This document shows positions 57,252-64,000 of a stretch of 64,000 nt of DNA, one piece after another. The translations under genes and the position numbers were made by a program. Origin of the DNA: Cyanobacteria bacterium UBA11372 (GTDB taxonomy: Bacteria > Cyanobacteriota > Cyanobacteriia > Cyanobacteriales > Aerosakkonemataceae); the NCBI GenBank assembly GCA_003486675.1, contig DNGG01000154.1:95-64094 (forward strand), in the 5' to 3' direction. The notes beneath the pieces were generated by a model. That model was not told the origin of the DNA, did not search any database, and saw nothing but the letters and a program-made list of their open reading frames with translations. Numbering within the stretch: the first letter of the stretch is position 1; the number at the start of each line of letters is the position of its first letter.

Positions 57252-57473
57252 TTACCGATAGCGAAATTGAACTTTCTTCAATTCAGTAATGAAGAATTTT
57301 TCTGTCATAGAAGAGTCCAGAAAGCGAACCTGTACTGTTTTTGAAAAAACACAAACCGATACTACTATTCCAATCATGTTGTGTCTTGGATGAGTGCAAC
57401 TCCACACTCGGACAGGATGCCTTGGCTGAAGTTTTTTAATGTCAGGATTCCAAGATGCCATAAGGAGGCTCAA
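57252..57473 (-). CDS. Small KOW/SH3-like protein
   Basis: PVRVW...MIGIVVSV...VQVRF. Confidence 0.5.
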   Translation of the reverse strand: MSLLMASWNPDIKKLQPRHPVRVWSCTHPRHNMIGIVVSVCVFSKTVQVRFLDSSMTEKFFITELKKVQFRYR

Positions 57474-57679
57474 TCAATTGGTGAATAATCAGCACAGTTC
57501 GCCTGTGGCCCATATGGATGCACGGCGCAATTAAGATAGCCGTTACCGCTGAAATAAGCGCAATGCTTGCACAGAGAATTAAAATTATCTGCTGGTCGGT
57601 TATCTGCTGGTGGTGGGCAACAGGAACGGGGTTCGTAAATCAGGATAGATGGTGGTGCTGGATACTCACGAATCGACAT
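57470..57679 (-). CDS. DUF6464-like Cys-rich protein
   Basis: CKHCAYF...YLNCAVHPYGP...CADY. Confidence 0.6.
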   Translation of the reverse strand: MSIREYPAPPSILIYEPRSCCPPPADNRPADNFNSLCKHCAYFSGNGYLNCAVHPYGPQANCADYSPID

Positions 57680-57821
57680 TACTGCTTCTGTGAACAGGCG
57701 TTTGATACACAAAATAAGAGACTCTATGCACATAGTTTTAGTACCTACTGAAAAAACGCACACTTTAAGCTAACCCATGAACCCTGGAGGGCTTCTAATG
57801 CATTCATTTTTCATAAACTGT

Positions 57822-58391
57822 TTAACCAGTCTTGCCGATTTCGTAAATTTTCTTTGTGTTTGGGTCTACAACCCATCGTTCCTGCCGCCCTTCTCGGCGG
57901 ATTTTTAAAGCCTTCGGCCCTGTATTTTTAATCAATTGATACGTGTATTGCTTCCCGCCAAACTGGTTTACTTTGGAAACAATCTTCAGGTATCCAGCCT
58001 TAATCAAGGCTTGGGTGTAGGCTTTACAAGTGTAATAGCTACTTCCAGATGCTATTTGCAGATCGGTAAGAGTGAATTTTGTGAATATCCGGATAGCATT
58101 CCAGACTTTTTGCCGAGGAGATAGTACCTGCTCTTTGCCTTTTTTGCTTGTAAGCACTGGAGGTTGTAAGGAGTTGAGCTTTAAGCAGTACTTACCATGC
58201 TCTCCTTTACTTCGCTTGAGTTGCCTTCCTTCGTTTTTTCGGACAATATGGTCAACTCTGAGCAACTTTCCAATGTACCAATAAGCGTGGTTCTTGGAGA
58301 TACTCAGGGCGCTGCACATATCCAAGCAAGTAAATTCTTTAGTTTCTCGAATCCAATCCCACACTCGGACAAACGTTGAATTACTGCTCAT
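57822..58391 (-). CDS. Tandem winged-HTH protein
   Basis: Two repeats VWDWIR..KEFT and VWNAIR..KFT, each followed by Y...L. Confidence 0.65.
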   Translation of the reverse strand: MSSNSTFVRVWDWIRETKEFTCLDMCSALSISKNHAYWYIGKLLRVDHIVRKNEGRQLKRSKGEHGKYCLKLNSLQPPVLTSKKGKEQVLSPRQKVWNAIRIFTKFTLTDLQIASGSSYYTCKAYTQALIKAGYLKIVSKVNQFGGKQYTYQLIKNTGPKALKIRREGRQERWVVDPNTKKIYEIGKTG

Positions 58392-58866
58392 TCCGCCCCC
58401 TTATTAAGGCTAATTTGGAAGCCAAGGTTTCCGTCTTAATAAAAAGCAGTTCTTCAATCAATACAGCAGCCACCATCTCGGCCTCTTCGCGAGTAGCTTG
58501 CAGTTCATCTCGCTGAAGAATTGAATCAATCACTGCCCGAAGCGTTATTACGGTTTCAGGATTTTGGAGGTGCAGCACCTCAGCCACAGCTAGATAAGAT
58601 GTACGCTTGTTGAGTTGGGGATGGATATTTACTTGCTGCGATTCCGCACAGCAGACATATGAGCCGCAAACGTAAGACTCAGACTTAGCCGTAAAAACAA
58701 AAGCCTGTCTCTTATCCACTTTGCTCAAGCAAGCAATTACAGTTTCACCAACCAAAGACAACAGCTTAGATGATGTATACCAACTGCCTTTAATCTCGAT
58801 ACCTTGCTCGGTCACAATCACCTTGTACTTGTCGCTATCGATTGCTTGCATGTTCTTGTTCTCCAT
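58381..58866 (-). CDS. Protein with stand-alone Mu-transposase C-terminal-like domain
   Basis: VTEQGIEIKGSWYTSSKL..LVGETV resembles VQKQGIQVEGAFFIAPEL..YIGSDV in the transposase. Confidence 0.55.
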   Translation of the reverse strand: MENKNMQAIDSDKYKVIVTEQGIEIKGSWYTSSKLLSLVGETVIACLSKVDKRQAFVFTAKSESYVCGSYVCCAESQQVNIHPQLNKRTSYLAVAEVLHLQNPETVITLRAVIDSILQRDELQATREEAEMVAAVLIEELLFIKTETLASKLALIRGRNEQ

Positions 58867-59101
58867 TATTTGAACCGTCTAAATAGCGCACGTTACACAA
58901 AGCTTCATTGAGCTTTAAATCATCCAATTCATGAGCCAACTTATGAAGCAAGAAGGCGGCAATTTGTTCAGCCTCCATGCGAGTCATGTTGGCCTCGTGG
59001 GCGGAAAACCATCCATCCTCAAACCCGTGAATTTGGGAGACTAAAGCTTCCATTGCCACGAATAGCTCGCCGCTATACACATCAAATGTTTGAACTTTCA
59101 T
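58835..59101 (-). CDS. Phage hypothetical protein
   Basis: Likely start MKVQTF; TRMEAEQIAA resembles TREEAEMVAA of the neighbouring gene. Confidence 0.5.
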   Translation of the reverse strand: MKVQTFDVYSGELFVAMEALVSQIHGFEDGWFSAHEANMTRMEAEQIAAFLLHKLAHELDDLKLNEALCNVRYLDGSNNGEQEHASNR

Positions 59102-59103
59102 TG

Positions 59104-59832
59104 TTAAAAATCTCCTTCGTGTTTTCTTTTCCGGGGGCGCAGAAAAAATGGGCGTTCTCCCCACATAGACGCATTAATCTGTTCCCAGCCGTGTTCAATG
59201 GCATACTTTTCAACAGACGCGATTCCAACTGTTAGCTGCCCCGTATTGCCTTTAGCGTCCAGGTAGATTGAATTAAGTAAATCGTCGTCAATCCTTACTT
59301 GACAATTGATCTTGTTAATTAACTTAGCGTCCTCGAGGCTGATAGGCTTAAATTGCACAAAATGCGTTATGCGTCGGGAAAGTTGTGGGTATCGAGACAG
59401 CTTTCGCTCAATATCCTCCATGCCAATCAGCATGATCGGGTTGTTAGAAAGGTCGTGGATGTCTCGCAGCAAGTCCAGCAATTTTCTGTTTTCCTGGCAA
59501 AACAAATAATCTGCCTCATCAACAAAAAAAGTTCGCTGCTTTTGAGTTAATTCGGCGACTATCAGCTTTACCATTGAGTCGCTAGTGTAGGTTGGATCTA
59601 TGAAGAGTTCGTAGCAAATTTCCCGGAGCATTGCTGTGGGCGTCCAGGAACGTCGCGCTCGCAAATAAAATCCATCTGTATGGTTGATAAGAAACGCAAC
59701 AGATGTTGTTTTTCCCAACCCCGTCATTCCATAAGCTAGTCCCATCCTTTCGATAGATTGGTAGCCCGCTAAAGACTCTGCGGCAACCGCTAGTTTACGG
59801 AAGTTTTCGACCTTAACAAATTGTTTTCTCAT
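59104..59832 (-). CDS. MuB-like AAA+ ATPase (transposition protein B)
   Basis: GMTGLGKT Walker A, FFVDEAD Walker B, LRDIHD, LIGM, QLSRR. Confidence 0.9.
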   Translation of the reverse strand: MRKQFVKVENFRKLAVAAESLAGYQSIERMGLAYGMTGLGKTTSVAFLINHTDGFYLRARRSWTPTAMLREICYELFIDPTYTSDSMVKLIVAELTQKQRTFFVDEADYLFCQENRKLLDLLRDIHDLSNNPIMLIGMEDIERKLSRYPQLSRRITHFVQFKPISLEDAKLINKINCQVRIDDDLLNSIYLDAKGNTGQLTVGIASVEKYAIEHGWEQINASMWGERPFFLRPRKRKHEGDF

Positions 59833-59871
59833 GATACAATTGACTTAAGAAGTGCTGTATTCATCATTGAC

Positions 59872-62172
59872 TTACCTGCCTTGGTTTGCTGCTAAGGCAG
59901 TATTATTTTGTAGGGATACATTTCGTAAGTAAGCTAAAGCTTCTTCACCGTCATGCAGCCCCAACAGTACTCCCTTACCAGAGGGAGTTTTGGAGTAAAC
60001 AACCATCCAGTTAAGATCTTCTAAGGCAATATTTGCCTCGGCCTTGATCTGCTCCCATAGGGCACAGAAACGCTCGTCTGGAGAAAGTTGTTTTCGTGTT
60101 TCTCGCGTTTCAAAGCGAGACAAAATTTCCTCGCTAGTTTTCAACTCGTCAGCGATAAGGGGGTCAGGTTTGGGCGCGCTTTGCAGCTCGTCCAATGCCG
60201 TAACAGCCTCTTGAGCGGCTTGCAACCCCTCGCTGTCATGTTCAACCGTTGGAACAGGGAAATAAGCGACATTACTTATTTTCTCTTCCTGATAATTGAG
60301 GATTTCTTGAGCCAAATCCTCAACCTTAGTTGCTTTCGCAATCTGCTTCAACTCGCGAATCTCCTCTTTGATCCGCTCTTTCTGTCGCGCCTTGGCCTCA
60401 ATCGCAACTTTCTGACGATTGATTCCAGTTCGTTCCGGGCAGTTAGCAATGGTAATAAATAACCCATCTCGATCGAATACAAAGAGATGGCCCATGTCGT
60501 ACTCGAATGGATCGAAGCGTACCTGCACATCGCTGCCAATATACGCCTCCAGTTCGGGTGCGATAAAGAAAGCACCCTCAACCTGTATCCCCTGCTTTTG
60601 AACCCGTCTGATACCTTTTCCAGGTGCTTCTGCTAGTAAAATATCTAGCGCCCTGACTTTATCCTCTCCCAGCACAAGAATTGGCTTAATTGCTGCCAGC
60701 TTTTGGTGAACTTCAAGGGGGGTTTTCCCATTCAGCTCGCTATGAGGAGTACTGTTATAAATCCTACACCACCGATTGCAAAATTGTTGAAACTCCTGAG
60801 CGGTTATTTTGATTTCAATCTCTTTACCGCCCATGAATCGCTCTTCAAAGCTTTGTCTGGCTTCGATTTGTTTGCGTTCGGTGACATTGTGACCGATAAA
60901 GCCAGGTAGCAGCTCTAGTAATCCATGAGAGAAGGTGCGAATAAATCGCTCCACAACCCCCTTTTGCCAGGGTTGAAACGGCTGACAAAATATATGTTTT
61001 GTGCCGATTTCAGACAATGCCCTCCTGATAAGAATACTTGTGTATTCTTTACCATTATCTGCTTTCAGGCTTTCCGGCACTCCCCATGCCAAAATATTGG
61101 TTCGGAGAGATGCCGCCAGCGCGGTTGATTTGCTGGTTTTTGAAAGCAGAATTGACCCGCGCCTAGTGGCGACATCGATCGTGAAAATCAAGCAGTATCT
61201 CCCATCAACCAGCAAAATATCTGCCGGTGAGGAATCTTGCTGCCATTGCTGATTGGCGTAAGCAATATCCTCGTTGTATTTACCAAAAGAAGCCATATAT
61301 CTGGATCTGAATTGATCCGGGCTTTTTAAGGCAGTAATCAGTTGAGGATTTTGCTTTTTCCAAGCCGCAACCCATCTCCAGATTGTCGTTTCTGATGGGA
61401 TTAGCTCCGGCTCTAAGCGCGCCAATAAGCCTTGTTTTATCAAAGCAATGCTGGCGTGGGGAAATTCCAGCAGAATTGAGGTTACCAGGTCTTTAACGAC
61501 CGGAGAAGTATCGATTTTGGTTTGCCCCTTACGGTGCTTTCCTCGGGCATCTGAAAGCGCCTCAAATCTTCCTTCTTGTAGTTTCTTGAACCACCGCAAT
61601 AGGTTGACTCTAGAAATTGTGGGGTGCAAGGCTAAAATCCAGGATGGAATTTCTACTTTCTTTTGGTTGTAAATGGCTGCAAATTCTTCGCAAGCCAGTG
61701 AATAAGAAATTCCCCTTTTGGTTTGATACTGCCTCATTTCTTGCAGTATCCACAGCTTTGCATCTTTCGTCGCTTCTGCTTTGCTTTGGAGCTTTTCTGT
61801 AACTAGGGTTGTTGTAGTTACAATGGGGGCCGGAGTTGCGGGTGAGATCGCTTCGGGAGCCGTCGCCACCATCCCCTGGTAATTGGTAATTGGTAATGGG
61901 TAATGGGTCGCTTCCCCTTGTAGTAAGGCGATCGCTAGCTGTTTAACAACCTTCCCTCGCTCTCTTTCCTGCGCTTCGGATTGGGTGTCGCAAGCCGCTA
62001 ATAAAGCAGCTTGTGTTTCTTGCGGGAGGCAGCTTAAAGGATATTCCCAGCCACCGCCGCGCTTTTGTCGAAGGCGAGAAGGCCATTTTTCTCGCTTAGC
62101 CAATCTTTGAATGCTGCGTTGGGAGGATGGCAGTCCTGGTAATCCCACCAATTCAACAGATGAATACCACAT
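59872..62172 (-). CDS. MuA-like DDE transposase
   Basis: N-terminal Mu HTH (GLPGLP...GGGWEY), WQQDSSPAD, ADNGKEY, KGVVERF, YNSTPHSEL. Confidence 0.93.
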   Translation of the reverse strand: MWYSSVELVGLPGLPSSQRSIQRLAKREKWPSRLRQKRGGGWEYPLSCLPQETQAALLAACDTQSEAQERERGKVVKQLAIALLQGEATHYPLPITNYQGMVATAPEAISPATPAPIVTTTTLVTEKLQSKAEATKDAKLWILQEMRQYQTKRGISYSLACEEFAAIYNQKKVEIPSWILALHPTISRVNLLRWFKKLQEGRFEALSDARGKHRKGQTKIDTSPVVKDLVTSILLEFPHASIALIKQGLLARLEPELIPSETTIWRWVAAWKKQNPQLITALKSPDQFRSRYMASFGKYNEDIAYANQQWQQDSSPADILLVDGRYCLIFTIDVATRRGSILLSKTSKSTALAASLRTNILAWGVPESLKADNGKEYTSILIRRALSEIGTKHIFCQPFQPWQKGVVERFIRTFSHGLLELLPGFIGHNVTERKQIEARQSFEERFMGGKEIEIKITAQEFQQFCNRWCRIYNSTPHSELNGKTPLEVHQKLAAIKPILVLGEDKVRALDILLAEAPGKGIRRVQKQGIQVEGAFFIAPELEAYIGSDVQVRFDPFEYDMGHLFVFDRDGLFITIANCPERTGINRQKVAIEAKARQKERIKEEIRELKQIAKATKVEDLAQEILNYQEEKISNVAYFPVPTVEHDSEGLQAAQEAVTALDELQSAPKPDPLIADELKTSEEILSRFETRETRKQLSPDERFCALWEQIKAEANIALEDLNWMVVYSKTPSGKGVLLGLHDGEEALAYLRNVSLQNNTALAANQGR

Positions 62173-62175
62173 AGG

Positions 62176-62367
62176 CTAAGCATCCTCGGATTTTCCGAAA
62201 AGAAATTTTCGGTCAGATGTAGCCAGTCCGGCCTTAAAGGCTTTCTCCCAAATAGCTTGTTCGATCCATTTGGTTACATTGATGTTTTCAATGGCTGCAC
62301 CAATTCGTGCGATCGCGTAGCAGTCAGGAGAAATACGAGAGGATCGTACTCCTTTCACTTTAATCAT
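62176..62367 (-). CDS. Small RHH-like DNA-binding protein at the Ner/Cro position
   Basis: 63 aa, RISPDCYAIARIGAAIENINVTKWIEQAI; first gene of the early operon. Confidence 0.55.
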   Translation of the reverse strand: MIKVKGVRSSRISPDCYAIARIGAAIENINVTKWIEQAIWEKAFKAGLATSDRKFLFGKSEDA

Positions 62368-62415
62368 TCGAGATATTTGAGGTATTTGAGATGTTCGATA
62401 CAAAATTAGCACAAC

Positions 62416-63177
62416 TTGATCAACATGTGCAAGAGATACGCTATGCTGGTAGACAAGAAATCTTATCGCACGCCCATGAAAGCCCAAGAAGCTCAGCCAG
62501 AGCGGATTTCGGTAATACTCCAGCCTGACCTTAAGTACACTAAAGATGGTATCAAGCGCTTGGCAGCGACGATTCAAGCCACTTTGATCAGAAACCAATG
62601 GTCTGGAAGAAAATTGTCACAGGAAGCTGGCTTGGCTCCCTCGACAGTAAACAGATACATGAACGGTCACTTATCTAAACCCCAGGAAGAAGTGATCAAA
62701 GCTTTAGCCCCTTACATATATAAAGTGACGGCTATTGATAATGACTCAGTAGAGATCGATCCCAATCAGGTTTACAATAATTGGATTGAGCTAGCGAAGA
62801 TTGCGACAGACGAGTTTATTCCAGAACACGAGTCATTAAATAAATTTATGTCTATTGTGAGCAAAATTAAAGAATGTATGCGTCGCCAAAATATTTCACA
62901 AGTTGAAATAGAAAATCGATTAATTGAAATGCAAGACAACAAAACCGCTCGCATGTCTTTGTCACGTTTAAGAGAAATCCAAGAACAACCAACTTCTATT
63001 ACAGATGATGAATTGAGGATAATAAGAAATTTGGTAGATCCTTATGAGAAGTTTTTCAGCGAGGCTGACTGGCTAAGATCTGCATTTCCTGAAATCTTTC
63101 TGTCACAGAAATCCCTTGCTCAACCATCAGAACAAGGGATCTCGGAAAACGAACTATCAAAGAATGGCTCTCATTAG
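62416..63177 (+). CDS. Prophage repressor, XRE HTH
   Basis: WSGRKLSQEAGLAPSTVNRYMNG; divergent from transposase operon; true start may be 62443 or 62477. Confidence 0.78.
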   Translation: MINMCKRYAMLVDKKSYRTPMKAQEAQPERISVILQPDLKYTKDGIKRLAATIQATLIRNQWSGRKLSQEAGLAPSTVNRYMNGHLSKPQEEVIKALAPYIYKVTAIDNDSVEIDPNQVYNNWIELAKIATDEFIPEHESLNKFMSIVSKIKECMRRQNISQVEIENRLIEMQDNKTARMSLSRLREIQEQPTSITDDELRIIRNLVDPYEKFFSEADWLRSAFPEIFLSQKSLAQPSEQGISENELSKNGSH

Positions 63178-63182
63178 ATCAG

Positions 63183-63959
63183 CTATCTGATCGGCCTCCT
63201 GTCTTTGCAATAGCAAATTCGTACTATTATATCCAGATCGTCCAGATACATAATTTCCAAATCAGAGCTGTACTCCATCTCTATATCGCGGCAAAGACTT
63301 TCTCTGCCTTGATCCACAGTATAAGAGCGGTAAACGTAATCTTTTAGAGTTGCCCTAGTTTGTCCAGGATTATTTGATAGTTCAATCATTAAATCCTGAT
63401 ACTGCTTTTCAAAAACTGAGCGGTCATACAAAATGGTTATGTCTTTGCTGTGCCATTTTGGAGCATGACGCCCAGAGAAATTAGTTACTTCGGCACTCGC
63501 TAAAATTACAGGTACTGGCTGCCCCCAGTGCCAGTTTTTTGGCAGCTCAGTCACAAAAGTGGGGTATTCAGAAGTCGCAACAATCTGTAGTAGATCTTTG
63601 TAGCTATATTTGGTTGCTGTTCTTGGTAAAATCATACGTGGTTGCACCCACCAACTAATTGGATAGTTATCAAGGGATGCTTGACCATAAAAGCATCCCT
63701 TAACCTTTAGTATGATTTTTTTTGATAACCCTAACAACCTAGCAGCTCCTAAAAGCAAATCCCTCTGCTGCCATAATTTATAAACCAGATTTTCCAAAGC
63801 CACATCATCAAAGTTTACACCAGCTTTAGGGCAGTCAATGACCAAACTATCTTGATGTTCCTGTGTCTTATAAATACTACACAAGGCTAGCTCTTGGCAT
63901 TCAGAGGTAGACACAAATAGACAGTAATCTTCCTCTATATAATTACAGTCTTGGTTCAT
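63183..63959 (-). CDS. Hypothetical protein with possible C-terminal PAS-like fold
   Basis: PTFVTE...VILASAEVTNFSGR...KDITILY pattern. Confidence 0.55.
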   Translation of the reverse strand: MNQDCNYIEEDYCLFVSTSECQELALCSIYKTQEHQDSLVIDCPKAGVNFDDVALENLVYKLWQQRDLLLGAARLLGLSKKIILKVKGCFYGQASLDNYPISWWVQPRMILPRTATKYSYKDLLQIVATSEYPTFVTELPKNWHWGQPVPVILASAEVTNFSGRHAPKWHSKDITILYDRSVFEKQYQDLMIELSNNPGQTRATLKDYVYRSYTVDQGRESLCRDIEMEYSSDLEIMYLDDLDIIVRICYCKDRRPIR

Positions 63960-64000
63960 GCTCTTTCCAGTGCGTTCAACTTGACTTCTGAGTTCGATCT

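Larger units (their letters stand above)
14002..64000 (-). mobile_element. Mu-like transposable prophage with siphovirus-type tail; other end beyond window
   Basis: DDE transposase, MuB-like ATPase, Mor, gp27/gp28 terminase, portal, capsid, tail; TG terminus at 14002 inside a host gene. Confidence 0.92.

Noticed and set aside
59104-62172. Tn7/CAST TnsB-TnsC module
   Set aside because: No TniQ or Cas12k; Mu-type N-terminal HTH and a complete virion gene set indicate a transposable phage
62368-62598. N-terminal extension of ORF 62176-62598
   Set aside because: Overlaps the divergent repressor and promoter region; ATG at 62367 gives a compact plausible protein

Overview
Cyanobacterial chromosomal DNA (HIP1 GCGATCGC very frequent; GTAG-type palindromes and heptamer STRR repeats). 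Bases 1-14001 are host genes: alpha-amylase, DUF4058, LysE, LMW-PTP, glyA, two Tic20-family genes, FAH hydrolase, rpsF, Uma2, and a Ser/Thr kinase with ankyrin repeats. From 14002 to beyond the window end lies a transposable (Mu-like) prophage of at least 50 kb, encoded almost entirely on the minus strand. It inserted into the kinase ankyrin array, where a TG end and two 23-bp tandem end repeats are visible. It carries a repressor, MuA/MuB-like transposition genes, a Mor-like activator, Mu gp27/gp28-type terminase genes, an apparently non-Mu head module and a siphovirus-type tail with a lambda-type GGGAAAG -1 frameshift and a ~4190-aa tape measure protein. Most notable: (1) a type I hammerhead ribozyme overlapping a stop codon just upstream of a phage DNA methyltransferase; (2) a GT2 glycosyltransferase plus radical SAM pair embedded in the tail operon; (3) an alpha/beta-hydrolase domain inside the tape measure protein; (4) no recognisable lysis or mom genes. 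All family calls are by eye from motifs and synteny; no searches were run.
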